64,000 nucleotides of DNA, taken from contig OX597814.1 of assembly GCA_951406725.2 (NCBI GenBank), forward strand, positions 51,708,001-51,772,000, given 5' to 3'. The stretch's first letter is position 1. Every line of letters begins with the position of its first letter. The notes beneath the pieces are model-generated. The model worked only from the letters and a program-made list of their open reading frames with translations, was not told the origin of the DNA and did not search any database. Of the stretch, positions 37,401 to 50,079 are shown piece after piece. Made by a program: the position numbers and the translations under genes. The DNA comes from Octopus vulgaris. Lineage: Eukaryota.

Positions 37401-39572
37401 GGTTTATGTTTACACCATTGAATTATATGAACACCTTTAAATCAATATTAAAAGTTATCGTTTACATACAATATAATTCATTTTCTACTTCAAGGTTCCT
37501 AGTAAAGCATAAAATCACACTTGTAAAGAAGTTACAAATAGAGTGTATGCCTATAGTAGATAGCAATTGTTAAACTAATTCAGCATTAACTGAACATTTC
37601 ATCTCTTTCTGGTAAAAAGTTCTATTTCAAACATACAGCAAAATTTTCTAAATTTGCAAAGATTTATTTCAATATAATTAAAACATTTCATTGAAATTTA
37701 AGCCAATTTTTATTGTTTCTTTTAGCTACCTACTACTATTATGTTGTTAAAGAACTTGTCAAACTGGGATTAACACGAAATGTATCTATTAGAGGAGCAC
37801 CATATGATTTTAGACGTTCTCCAAGTAAGTGTCATTCTTTCATTTGTTTTAAGTATCTCTGTTAGAAATACTGGTGCATGATTAGCTTGTAAAATGTATA
37901 CTAAGATACCTGTTACTTTAACTGATGTGTGACCTTAGCTTATGCTACATTAAAAAGAAAGGAATTATCTACAAACTTACAGAAGTAAATATCGCATAAC
38001 TTTTTTGTCAACTCCCACTTTCAAAATCCAAAGAAGGCTTGTATCTGTATGTGTGGAGGTTTATAAGGTTCATAATATTGCTTTGGGTGTTTTAATTAAA
38101 CCTGTGATAGGCACATCTCCTGCTTAAATAAGTCCTGATGAATCGGTTTTTAATTAAACCTATTCAATGGGACTCATTTAACTGGGAAATGAAGCTGAGA
38201 TAAGCTTCAATTTAATAAGTCTGGTTCAAAAGGGTAAGTTATGAATAACTTACTAATGACTTCTGTTTCTAATTCTAATTTTGTTTTTTAACTTTCAGAT
38301 GAATTTCAAGACTATTTTAAGAACTTTAAATCAATGGTTGAAGAAACTTACAAGATGAACAATGGATCTAGAGTTACAATCATTGCACACAGCATGGGTT
38401 GTCCAACTATGCTATATTTTCTCAATTCTCAGACACAGGCTTGGAAAGATAAATATATTAAATCTTTTATCACAATTTCTGGAGTTTGGGGTGGTGCTGC
38501 AAAAACCCTTCGAGTCATGGCGTCAGGTAAGAAATAGTGGTTGTCAACATCCCTGAATTTTTTTATAGTATGTTTTAAGAAATAATGAAGTATTTAGTAA
38601 TTATATTGTTTAAGAACAGAAGACATTTTGATGAAATTATTTTTGTTATTATCACATTTTCTCTTATAGAAGATTATTGAAGCAAATATATCTTTCATTT
38701 CACTGGGTGACTTATGATAATTGCTGCCTAACATTTCTTGAATGTTTGCTTGAAATGATCAAAACATTGCAAGGTTTGCCTATTAGCAACATTCAGCGTA
38801 GCTTAGATCTACATACAACTCTCTGGCCATGGTTGAATAGATAACATATTTACTAATCATCATTGTCATCTCTATTGACATGGATTGAATGATACAGAAC
38901 TATATTTCTCAGTGTCACTAGTAAAAGCAATGCAAAAGTTTGTACTATTATCTAAATGATGAATGTTCTTTTCTACTTTTATTAAAAAAATTTTTATTAA
39001 AATATTTTTCTTTTTATTCATATTCAGGAGATAATCTTGGTATTTTTATATTGAAAGATAATATTGTTCGGAAATACCAACGTACTGCAACTTCAACAGC
39101 TTGGCTTATGCCATACGATACTTTCTGGAAATCTGATGAAATTCTTGTTTCCCGTCCAGGTCGCAATTATACTGTTAAAGATTACAAACAGTTTTTTGCA
39201 GATTTGAATTTTACAATTGGCTATGAAATGCGTAAAGACACAGAGAATCTTGTGAAAGACCTCCGTCCACCTGGAGTGGAAGTTCATTGTATACATGGAA
39301 TCAATGTATCTACACCAGCTAGCTTTGTTTATGGTAAAGGATTTCCTAATGTTCAACCAACGACAATAAATGGAGATGGAGATGGGACAGTAAATTTACA
39401 AAGTTTACATGGTTGTCTTCGATGGTCAAAACAACAAAAACAGCCTGTTTACCATCATACTTTATCAGGAGCAGACCATTTGAAAATATTGAAAAATCAG
39501 ACATTAATTGATCTAATTTCCCAAATAGTAACCAAAAAATCTAAATTCTCTAAAAACAAATTGAAAAACTAA
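25334..39572 (+). CDS. PLA2G15: Group XV lysosomal phospholipase A2 / LCAT-family acyltransferase; 6 coding exons join(25334..25424,33372..33525,35389..35507,37726..37824,38299..38526,39028..39572), 1236 nt = 411 aa + stop
   Basis: All five introns are GT..AG with compatible phases (1,2,1,1,1). Hydrophobic signal peptide, then PVILVPGDGGSQ, lid Cys pair (YCEKK...QDCF), GAPYDFR, nucleophile AHSMG, GDGDGTV (Asp) and ADHLKIL (His). These are hallmark LCAT/LPLA2 motifs. Orthology to PLA2G15 rather than LCAT is inferred. Confidence 0.93.
25987..26227. repeat. Perfect 35-bp inverted repeat with 171-bp spacer
   Basis: acctagagaactacgttaattcattatttttatag (25987-26021) and its exact reverse complement (26193-26227). 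Confidence 0.9.
26540..26597. mobile_element. 58-bp internally deleted copy of the GGATC foldback element
   Basis: First 43 nt identical to 63106 onward; ends aaaagatcc; 8-bp TSD ttagcatc / ttagcacc. Confidence 0.85.
26955..27273 (-). repeat. Right arm of 319-bp inverted duplication, in PLA2G15 intron 1
   Basis: As above; includes the 5' part of a SINE B copy (26864-27065, - strand) that continues only in this copy. Confidence 0.95.
29270..29680 (-). mobile_element. Old CR1-clade LINE 3' fragment in intron 1
   Basis: Diverged match to 55860-56270. Confidence 0.7.
30019..32030 (+). mobile_element. Decayed pogo/Tigger-like DNA transposon, interrupted by an RTE tail
   Basis: Pogo-like terminus (accatatttccttatacataagac); degenerate DDE motif LQLWPLEASVNK (cf. 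LQPLDVSVNKPFK) at ~31700-31740. Confidence 0.55.
30896..31290 (-). mobile_element. RTE 3'-tail element with four ~55-60 bp internal units
   Basis: Matches 5900-6263; repeated ggtgctttttacgtgccaccggca. Confidence 0.85.
33372..33525 (+). CDS. PLA2G15: PLA2G15 exon 2 (VPGDGGSQ...DCFVDNMR)
   Basis: Acceptor tttatag, donor AG|gtagtt; oxyanion-hole region and lid cysteines. Confidence 0.93.
34520..34840 (+). mobile_element. RTE 3'-tail element in intron 2
   Basis: Matches 5990-6263; (GAT)n tail. Confidence 0.85.
35389..35507 (+). CDS. PLA2G15: PLA2G15 exon 3 (LVYDNVTRKT...PGFGST..VEYLDP)
   Basis: Polypyrimidine tract + tttgcag acceptor, donor A|gtgagt; conserved PGFG..T..EYLDP motif. Confidence 0.93.
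35664..36793 (+). mobile_element. RTE LINE RT fragment in PLA2G15 intron 3
   Basis: Close match to ~3700-4840; ORFs 35907-36260 and 36340-36663. Confidence 0.93.
36800..37375 (-). mobile_element. CR1-clade LINE 3' fragment in intron 3
   Basis: VRPHLEFASPVWNP...LEAVQRRATK...TRGH motif; near-identical to 55870-56460. Confidence 0.9.
37726..37824 (+). CDS. PLA2G15: PLA2G15 exon 4 (TYYYYVVKELVKLGLTRNVSIRGAPYDFRRSP)
   Basis: Acceptor cttttag, donor A|gtaagt; GAPYDFR motif; too short for the ORF track. Confidence 0.93.
38299..38526 (+). CDS. PLA2G15: PLA2G15 exon 5 (catalytic Ser, IIAHSMG)
   Basis: Acceptor actttcag, donor G|gtaaga; AHSMG lipase elbow, WKDKYI motif. Confidence 0.95.
39028..39572 (+). 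CDS. PLA2G15: PLA2G15 exon 6 (catalytic Asp and His, stop TAA)
   Basis: Acceptor tattcag; PPGVEVHCIHG, GDGDGTV, ADHLKIL. Confidence 0.95.
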
Positions 39573-40921
39573 AAAATGAAAGCCTAAACAGACCTTATTA
39601 AAGCATCCCTCTCAAAAGCACATTTTTTTCTTATTGTGGCTGTCGAAGCTTAAAGATGCTTGCAATTTATTTTTGTTTGTATTTTTATGCTGTTTTTTTT
39701 TTTTTATGGTGTGACATGTCTTTTATGGTACATTTATCTGACTTGTATAATTGTTGAAAATTAATGAATTTGTATATTGGCATGTAGTGAACTGTTTCTA
39801 CTATTCCATTTTAAAGAGAAATTCAGTTTTTAGTGAGCTCCTTGTCACTTTGTTTTTCAAGCCAATATTCTCTTCTGTTACTTTTTTCTAAGTCAAATTT
39901 TTGTTTTCATGTTCTGAGCTGAAAAGTTTTCTAAATTTAGATATTGAATTTAAGTTTCATTTCTTTTAGGTATATATCTTGACTATTTGCAGTTCTGTTG
40001 AATCCTAATGACTTGCTACTTTATAAGCAATTTTTATGAACTTTTTCATAATACCAAAACATATATTGGTGAACTACTCTTTCAGTCAAGATTATATTGC
40101 TATATTTCTGTTAAAATATAAGAAAATAATTAATTTTGCTTCTATGCTTCAGGAGATTAAAAATTATAAACTGGGTAAGTTATTCTGGTATTTTAATTTT
40201 TTTTATGGACAGTTGAACATGAAAATAAGACTTGATTATTGACTTTTTGCAGTTTTATGTGCATTTAAATAACATTGGTTTACAATCATTTTGTAAATGT
40301 GTTACTTATCCAAACAATCATATCATTTATTAAGTGTAAAATGACCATATTTCATTAAAATGGAAGCCATAGAGACTCTTAACTTTAACTTGAAGCTCCA
40401 GCTTGGATGGTTTCACAAAGAAATTATGCTGAGCTGTTTGATGAAATACAATGTATTTCCTGTAATTTTATTAAAAAAATTTTGGTTTGACTTGCCAAGT
40501 TTGCTCCCTACTGTCACAAAAATAGTCTGGACTTTATTCATCAAGCTTTACTTCATACCTGTGGACCTTATTGGCTTTAAGATGATGTATAAGTTTGTTA
40601 TAAAGGAACATTTCTAATGCAATAGATGTTTGCTTCATTATTTTCAAATACAAAAATTCTTGATGTTATGACATAAATTGTTAGCAAATTCATTTTACTT
40701 GATGTAATATTTTTCTTTGATTTTATTGCATTAAAGTAATAGTTACTATGTGAGAAAATCAGTTACGGTTGATCTTTAGGTATTTCAAATAACTGAAGCT
40801 ACCATGATTTACTGTTTTGCCTGAATTATTGACTGTAATAAAATCATGTGTATACAATATTTCAATCTTAATCTTAGTTCTTTTCAAAACCAGAACTAAC
40901 ATAATATTCAGACTAACACTA

Positions 40922-41137
40922 AGACAGCGAGCTGGCAGAAATGTTAGCACACCAAGCGAAATGCATAGTGGTGTTTTGCTCATTGCTACGTTCTGAATTC
41001 AAATTCTGCCGAGGTTGACTTTGCCTTTCATCCTTTCGGGGTCAGTAAATTAAGCATCAGTTGCATACTGGGGTCAATCTAATTAACTGGCACCCTCCAC
41101 CAAAATTTTGGATCCTGTGCCTAGAATAGAAAAGAAT
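40922..41137 (+). mobile_element. tRNA-derived SINE family B
   Basis: A box tggcagaaatgttagc, B box gaattcaaattc, central gactttgcctttcatcctttcgggg. Confidence 0.85.
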
Positions 41138-43404
41138 ATTCAGACTAATACCAAATGGTATCATACTTGAATTCAGCTTTTCCATTCTGACTTTATCAAG
41201 TTTGACACATTAGGCTTTCTTGATTACAGTTTGTAGATACTATAAAGAAAGTGTTTACTATATGAAATTAATGTTTCATCTTACTGTTCCATCCTGCTAC
41301 ATATGGCCCAAGTGGTTTCTCTTTAGAATGAATTATTGAAAAGACAAAGCCTCCTTCATATAAAATGCTGTCAATTCTATGACATATAAGTTCTTAGCAC
41401 ACTGAGGGCTTCATCAGGGTTTTGATTTCTATTTGGTGTTACTTCACCTACATGAAATTATTTAATGAAAAATTTGAAGTCATGATTTATCACTTCCCTT
41501 CCTACATAAACCAGAATTTTCACATGCATAGAAAGTAGTCATTTCATGAACATATCAATGTATATTTTCTATTAATGTTATAATTATAAATATTGCCCTC
41601 ATTTGTCTTCTTATTTTTAAAGAACTCTTGACAATTATTAGACTTCTTTGTGTTTGTGTGCATGTAACATTCATTCTGCAGTGGGATACTTTCCTTAATG
41701 CTAAAGCAAGAAAAACAATATTACTTAATGAACTATATATGACTGACTTTCTTTAAGAAATGTAGTATCTTGTTGGACCCTTTTAATCTCTACTTTCTGA
41801 ACTATGGTTATGGCATTTGTACTTGGATTTTTTGTGATTGTATCACTGGATTTTATTTAACCTCTGCACCTTCAAATTTGGCTCAGTAATATTTGAGCTG
41901 AAAATTAATAGAAATTCTAGTCAAATTTTTTTCTCTAAAAACATTTATTTTTTACTTTGTATTTCTTGGGGTGGTGGACCACCACAACTACTTTCCATGT
42001 TAGCATGGGTTAGGTTTAATATTTTACTGATGTAGTGTTTCATAGTCAAATACCCTTCCTGTTGCTAAACCATACCTGCTTTTCAATTGAGGGATATATA
42101 ATTTCAAATGTCTTTGAATGGCAGTAACATCATTGCCTATATAACCAAACAATTTTTGGAGAATGTAAACACAAATATGTGTACAAACACACACTTATAT
42201 TTTGTTTCTTCCTTGAATTACTCATAGCTGTAAGATTTTATTCCTAATCACATCAGCTCCTATAACCCTGGATCAACTGAAGCCTTTTCTGTAGATTTGG
42301 CAGATGAAAACTGAAAAAACTTATTGTGCATTTGTTTGTCCTTTCTGGGTGTCCTGTGATAGTTGCAAATTAGTGCTATTGTCATACAAACTGTGTCATT
42401 TGTTTCCAGTCTTCTGTGCAATCTAAAGGTTGATGACAGGAAAGGCATTTGGCTATAGAAAGTCTACCTTTATGAATTCCACTTGACCTAATCAAGCATG
42501 GTAAAGTGGACATTAAAATGGTGGTAATATTTTCTTGAATTTTGTATCTTGAATCATAAATCATGGAACTATCAACTGGGTAATCCCATTCTGTCAGATA
42601 AAGAGCATATTAGATTTGTAGGTTTCTAAACTTTTTGCTAAAGAAAGATCTTCTATAAAGTTGGAAGTAAGAACCATATTTAAAATTCACAACACATTCA
42701 TGATACAAATAAGAATCATTTTGTGATATCAGTAATTTTGAAGCAACTGTGTTGTGATTAGGGGAGTGCAATAATGTAGTAAATTCCTGATATCACTAAA
42801 CTTCAATTCCACATATATGTATTAGTTTTATTTTAATTTATATTTGATGAAAAAAATTATTACAGTACAGATAATGTTGGAGTATTTATTTTTAAAATTT
42901 CAAAAGAAAAATATAATTTTTACATATTTCCAGAGTCATTTGTATTTTTGAATCAAACTTTTAATTTAATGCTTTCTATTGTGTTGTTTATTACTGTACT
43001 TAACTGTTGTGAAGTGAATTTTTCTAATTAAAAAATGATTTTCTATAAAAATTATTTTCTTGTTATTATAAGGAAGATGTACGAAATGATAGCGCAGCAG
43101 ATTAACTTGATGTACATAGTTATGTCCCTTTATATTCAACGTTCGTGTTCTGCCAAGGTCAACTTCACTTTACATATTTCAGATTTGATAAGTACCAGCC
43201 AAGTACTGTGTTGATATTCATATACAATGCCTGGTTCTCTGCCTATGTTTGTAATTGTTGTAGGTGGAGTGGCAGATATTGCAGTGTAAGACAAATTGTA
43301 TCCTGTTGAAATTAATATTTGTTTTTACCCTTTCCTCTTTTTGGAGGGAAATAAAATAAGTATATAAGTATTAGTGAAGCATTAGTTTCTTTAAAGGGTT
43401 CGAC

Positions 43405-44955
43405 TTTAAAGAAACCCTAAACCAACCAACACCAACAGTAGAATTGAATTTAGAGGACCAACAAATAGAACAGGTGGAAGTGGAAAGGGGACCGATAAGG
43501 GAAGATGAAGTGAGAGAAGCATTGAAGAAACTAAAAAATAAGAAAGTGTCAGGACTGGATACGTTTCAGCAGAATTATTGAAAGCAGGTCGCCAGATCAT
43601 GATTGACACAGTTATGTAATGCATGCTGGGTGGAAAAAAGGGTACCATGAGTGGACCAAGGGAGTCATTAAACTACCAAAGAAAGGAGATTTGAGCAACT
43701 ACCAAAACTGGAGAGGAATAACACTGTTGTCAACGCTAGGTGAAGTACTGTACTCAGTTTTGCTGTTCTGGTTGAAGTTTGCACTAGATGTAAAACTGAG
43801 GGAACAACAAGCCAGATTTCAACCCAGCAGATCGTGCTGCAAGCAAATATTCACACTGCGTAACAATGTCTTGAACATCAAAGACCACTAATAATAAACA
43901 TTATTGACTTCAAAAAAGTGTTTGACAGTGTGTATAGAGAAACTTCCAGGAAGATTGTGAAAGTGTATGAAATACCAGACAATTACATCAGTCTGCTTAG
44001 CAGTTTCTACAGCTCAAGTTGCTGCATTAGAAAAGAGTATGGACACACTGGTTTTCTTCGGATCATCACTGGGGAAAGACCAGTCTGTCACCAATATTGT
44101 TTCTGATAGTCATCGATTTTATGTGAATATCAATGGTGGGACCAGCTATAGGCATACCATGGATGGTGAAGGACCAGCTAACAGACTGGTGGCTGAGAAT
44201 TGCCTAACATTACAAGAAATGACAACAAAAATGGAAAGGGAAGCAGCAAAGAATTAGTTGAGAATCAGCAGTCAAAAATCAAAGGTAATGTAAGTTGGAA
44301 AACAAGTAGAAAGTGTATCAGTGAAAGTTAGACAAAAACCAGTTGAAGAAGTTACAGGCTTCACGTATCTGGGAAATATAGTGACAAGCAATGGCAATGC
44401 AGAGACAAATGTAAGTTGAAGAATTGGCAAGGCAGCAGCAGTATTTAGAAGACTGACAACACTTTGGTGTAGCAATAATATAAATGTAAAGCTGAAGATT
44501 CATCTGTACAAAGTAGCAATACGGCCAATAGCAATCTATGCAACTAAGACCTGGAAGATGACAGCAAAAATCGCCTACCAACTCAATGTATTTCATCAGC
44601 AGTATCTCAAAAAGATTGTAAAGATCTCTTATCAAGACAGTGACAAATGAAGCCATTATCCAAGCAGCTAGAGTAAGGCCACTGCATGCAATTGTAACCA
44701 AATACAAATGAAACTGGCTGGACACATACTAAGACTGCCAGACAGAGGCTTTCCAAAACAGCCATAGGCTGGAAGGTAAGAGAAAAAGAGGTCAGCCAAG
44801 GAAGACGTGTCATAATACCTTCAAAGAAGACCTACACAGACTGAACATCTGGGCAGAAGCATACCAGTTGACCAAAGACAGAAATGATTGGTGATCACTG
44901 ACTGCCCAATGTACTGCTCAAATGTACCAATGGCCCTAGAGAAGAAGACAAGCAT
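43405..44955 (+). mobile_element. Old RTE-clade LINE of a second family (decayed RT and C-terminus, no PHD insert)
   Basis: KLPKKGDLSNYQNWRGITLLS, IDFKKVFDSV, VEEVTGFTYLG, WLDTY; many stops and frameshifts. Confidence 0.85.
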
Positions 44956-45570
44956 TAGTAATAATTCAGTAAATTATACTGCTTCCCTTAAAAATCCAGA
45001 GCCTTGTTCTAAAGTTTAGAAGTCATTATTTAGGATTGTGAGCAGATGCAAAAAAAAGTAATGATAATTTCTTGGTGTGTCAATTTAGATAGTTTTGATT
45101 GCTGTCTGAAATACTTCACTTCTTTATGTTGTTCATAACCTTGAGGGTGAAGTAAGTGAAAGAATGTGTCAAAACTACCCATTTTTCCTGTTTAGATGCT
45201 TTTGGAATTCTCAGTGGTCCCTTAACCTACCACAAATCTTGAAAAAGTACACATTGGACAATGTAGTTTTAGATACAGTATGTCTAAATAAAAGACTGGA
45301 TGGTTATGACTGAAATGCTTTTCCCTATATGTCTCTTCAACTAGGAGCTGATCCAAGACCAATCAACCAAAATTTTAGGTTTGTTGCTCCTTCAAATATA
45401 TTTGACAAAGATATATATATATATCCTCAGACATGATTGTGCAAAAGTTTGCTTTCCAACCACAATGATTTTGGGTAGTCCCACTGTATGGTACCTTCTA
45501 TTATAACCCTGAGCTTTGTGACTGGATTTGATAGGTAGAAACTAAAAGAAGCCTGTTATATGTATATATG

Positions 45571-45604
<34 letters not shown>

Positions 45605-45608
<4 letters not shown>

Positions 45609-46440
45609 ATTGAAGTGAGAGTATCTGCTCCGAACCGTTGCCCTGAGAGTTCAACTTCAGCCGAGAGTTCTTCACAGCAAAGCCAACACCATACTCTCTG
45701 ACTTCATCTATGCCTTTCACTTGCCAGAAAAAGGTAGACTTTCTCTCATGAAGAGTCCCTGAATTTGGGGGCCTCATTTCCTGGAGTGCTACAATGTCCA
45801 CTCAGAGTCATAACAGTTCATTGTTGATCACTGCTGTCTTGCATGTGTCACTGATCTTTTGAAGGTCCTCTAACAGACCAGTTGTCATGGTTCTTATGTT
45901 CCAACATCTGAGTCTGAATGCTGGTGTTTTGTGTTGTTTGTGTTGCTCATTCGTTTTTCTTGGTGCAGTGTTTACAGCCCATGATTCAGGATATTAGTTA
46001 TTGCTTCACTTGGTTGTGATGAGACAGCACCTAATTGGCTGGGGCTGCCCAGCTTGAGGCGAGTGGTAGCTGTCCAGTGAGGCATAATGGCCTCTCTCTC
46101 CGTCGAAAGCAGCCCCTGGTGCCTTGCTCTTACACCATTTATGTGCAGGCTTAAAACCAGTAGACTGCTGCTTTTCATGTTTTACTTCTGCAGTTAGATG
46201 GTACTGGAGTGTCCTCTCCAGGGTGCAGACTGGGCAGTTTTTTTCATGGGAGATCAGCAGTTGCCACCAGTGTTATCCAAAGGAAGGGCGGCAGTCAGTA
46301 CAACTTGGCACCAGTGGGGCCGCAAGAGTTGCCAGAATGAGGTCTACAGCATTGAACTACCTTAGGAACTCTGACTTCTGATTTATCCTTAGGGTTTACT
46401 CCTGAAGCCTTAAGTGGGTATTGCCACAAGGCAGTGGAGT
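45605..46440 (-). mobile_element. 5' end of an RTE/BovB-like LINE (5' UTR and AP endonuclease N-terminus)
   Basis: CWNIRTMTTG, DIVALQEMR, YGVGFAVKN endonuclease motifs. Confidence 0.8.
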
Positions 46441-47010
46441 TGTTATTATCGCTGTTGCCTTAAGTGGGTAAGGGCTTAATAAGCAGTACAGCTAATAACA
46501 AGAGTTGCTTATTTGGATGGTTGTTGACTCTTCAGAATTCATTTGCCCTTTGACAGGTCTTGTATTTAAACCTTCGGGGTGACTAAATAGCAAGAAAAGC
46601 ACCCTCCTCACAAAGCAAGTTCTGTGGAGTTGCTGGTTTAGATGCTGACAGCCCAACACCTGGCACCTATGATTCAGTGATTGGCAACAAGAGAGAGAGA
46701 GAGAGAAAAGGTGGGAAGGGGCATGAGACAGGTACAAAGAGGGAACACAAAAGACTTTAACAGTAGTTTTAGTCGTAGAAGCAGAGAGGCTTAAATACAC
46801 CGAAGGGCAATGTGGGAGTTGATGCTGCTTATTACTAGGGTTATAATTTTATTTTTATTTTGGCCTGTTGCCCAAGGAGAAATCCTTGTGGTAAACAAGC
46901 TGTTTGGTCGATCAGGTGGTTGTTAGGGGTCGAGTGGAAAGGTGTTATGAGGATAACAATGGAACACCCCTCTCACATGACAAGTAGTATGACTAGACGT
47001 TACAAATACT

Positions 47011-48680
47011 GTGACATAGGAAGTTGAGTCGTTGAGAAGTTGGTGAAGTCGGTTATAAATAGTTGTGTCTTTACTTGTCTAACTATACTGCTATATGAAA
47101 GTGGACGTTATAACAGTCCAACGTTTGATTACAACAGTGGCGTTGAGGAATTAACAAATTCACATGGAATTAACATACTCACTAGGAGTTACAAAACTCA
47201 CAAAAGATTTTTGTGCGAATTTTATGGTATACAAAATCGTAAAATTATGGAAGAATTGTTGGCCAGTTTGCTTGAGTTGGAAAAATAGCAACAACAACTG
47301 CACGAAGAACAACAATTACTATTACAGCAACAAATGCTGCAATTAATGAATAGTAAGTCATCCAAAAATGCTGAAAAGATGTTCCCGCCAGATTATGTTG
47401 CAAACTCAATAATGGAATTTAGGTATGAATCAGACAAAGGAGTTACCTTCGAGGAATACTATAGAAAATAGAACAGATCTTCAATAAAGAGTGCAAAGAT
47501 TGGGATGGCAATATGAAAATGTTTCTAATCCTAAGAAAACTGGCAGCCGGAGAACATGAGCATTACACCAATTACGTACTTCCGAAAAAAATTTTGACAT
47601 AAACTTTAGAAATACAATAGATATATTGTGTAAAATTTTCAGCGAGAAAAGCTCATTGTTCAATACACGGTGGAAATGTTTGAACCTAGCAAAAAACCAG
47701 GAGGACTATATAATCTATGATGGTAGAGTTAAAAGAGAATGTGAAAAGTTCAAACTGGATGAGTTAATGTCAGAAATGTTCAAGTACCTGATATTTACTC
47801 AGTGACTAACTGTAGAAAAAGATGCCAAAGTAAGAACAAGAATTCTCGCTAAGCTGGAATAAAACCAAGCTGTAACTTCACAAGTGTCAAAAGAGTGTGA
47901 AAGAATTGGAAATCTAAGACATGGCACAGAGAAAATTGAACATAAAGATTGCTCCCAAGTGAAACAAGCAGAATAGAAATCAAGTGTGTACTAAAATACA
48001 GTACAAACAGGACAAAAGTCAGGAAACAAACTTGTGTTTTACATGTGGAGGTGGAGGTCTACACCTGAGAAAAAAAACTGCTCCTTTATGAAAGTGGAAT
48101 GTTTCATGGAAAGATTGGACATGTAAAAGCGCATTGTAAAACCAAGATGATAAGACATTGGAACAAAGAAAATAGAGTAAACAAGATGTTGTTGAAAGAA
48201 AATGGTAATGTAACAAAGAGGAAATCTGTAAATGTGAAAATTGAAAATATAAGAGTAAAAATGCAGTTAAACATTGGAAATGATATTACCATTGTGAATG
48301 AAGAAACTTGGAAGTATATCAGAAAGCCAAAATTAAGTCAGTCTACAAAAGTAGTACACAGTGTTACGGGTAAAAGATTGTATTTTGTAGGTGAATTTGT
48401 GTGTAATGTGATATTTCGTGACCAAATGAAAACAGCAAAAGTATGTGTTAAAAAATTCAGTAAATTTGTTCCGCCCAGAGTGGGTGGAACTGTTGAGTAA
48501 CTGCAATAAAAAATATACTCACACCAAATAATGTGACTATGCTACCAGCGTTTTGGGGATTAGTAAATTATTACCAAACTTATATTCTCAATATACACAA
48601 TGTAAGGGTCCCGCTAAATGATTTGTTATGGTAAAATGGTGCTGGATCGATAAGTGCCAGAAGGCATTTGACGGATTCCA
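47011..48680 (+). mobile_element. Ty3/gypsy LTR retrotransposon remnant (LTR end, PBS, gag, protease, pol scraps)
   Basis: ...AACA followed by PBS-like TGGCG at 47138; gag from 47247 (MEELL..QQQ..ANSIMEFRYESDKGVTFEEYY..SLFNTRWKCLNL), degenerate CCHC, protease-like MQLNIGNDITIV, RT-linker FLGLVNYY-like scrap. Confidence 0.8.
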
Positions 48681-49100
48681 ACAAAAGGGCTACAGGGAGA
48701 ACGGAAGCAAGCTGGAAGATATCAGTATCTAGGCAGTGAATTAAACAAAATAAGAAAACAGCATGTTTTCTTCAAAAGAAGATCATGCTGAGCCAGCAAA
48801 AACAAGCTTTAGACATATACGTATGTAATAAAACATTGCTATGTTAGAAACAGAATCATTCTAGTAGAGGAAACAAGAGCAAGTTTACTGTTGAAGAGTT
48901 TGAAAGTCCATCAGAGGCAATGAGAGAAAGAGGGAGAAGGAGAGGGATGGAGGGACATATAGTTATCTAGATAGTGAATTAGGAAGCAGCTAGTGAGAAA
49001 AAATACATATATAGGCAGTGAATTAAAGAAAATAAAAAGAACAGCATGTTTTTGTCAGAAGAAGACCACACTGAGCTAGCAAGAACCAACTTTAGAGATA

Positions 49101-49400
49101 TCTATATATATAAAACTGAGAATGTGTGTATGTGTGTGTGAATCACTAAAACTCAAGAATTACCCAATGGATTTTATTCAAATTCTTCACATGCCTTACT
49201 TAGAGTCCATGCAGTGTCATGGGCCAAAAAATTTTCAACTTCTTGCCCAATGAGAGTTTGGAGCAATGTCTTATCTCTTACACTATTTCAGTATTTTGTG
49301 TCAAAAGTGAAACAATAACATTTCTATTGTAATGTGAGATAATACTTTCAGTTTTAATAGTGAAACTGTTAATATTTTCACTATGTATATATATATCAGT
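49101..49400 (+). mobile_element. Possible non-autonomous Helitron-like element 5' part
   Basis: a|TCTATATATATAAAA start followed by a (TG)-type microsatellite, a layout typical of such elements; 3' hairpin/CTRR not seen. Confidence 0.4.
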
Positions 49401-49468
49401 TTCATTTCTATTACTTTCACTATGATATATTTATGTATGTATATGTACGTATACATATATATTACACA

Positions 49469-49860
<392 letters not shown>

Positions 49861-50041
49861 CGTTGCATTCTTTCCTTCTGGGGCTGGCCGATTCAGAGCA
49901 GATCTCAGTATTAAACAGCCGAAATTTGCAATGATGAATCGGTTTCTGACTGAAGAATGAAGGCTTTGAATGACCCGTCTGTTTTTTATGTTCGTCCCTT
50001 CGTGTATTTCACGTTATTTATATTTATGTATATAAAGCTTT

Positions 50042-50079
<38 letters not shown>

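Noticed and set aside
38940-39027. N-terminal part of the 210-aa ORF as an independent gene start
   Set aside because: Intronic polypyrimidine tract; homology begins at the acceptor at 39028.
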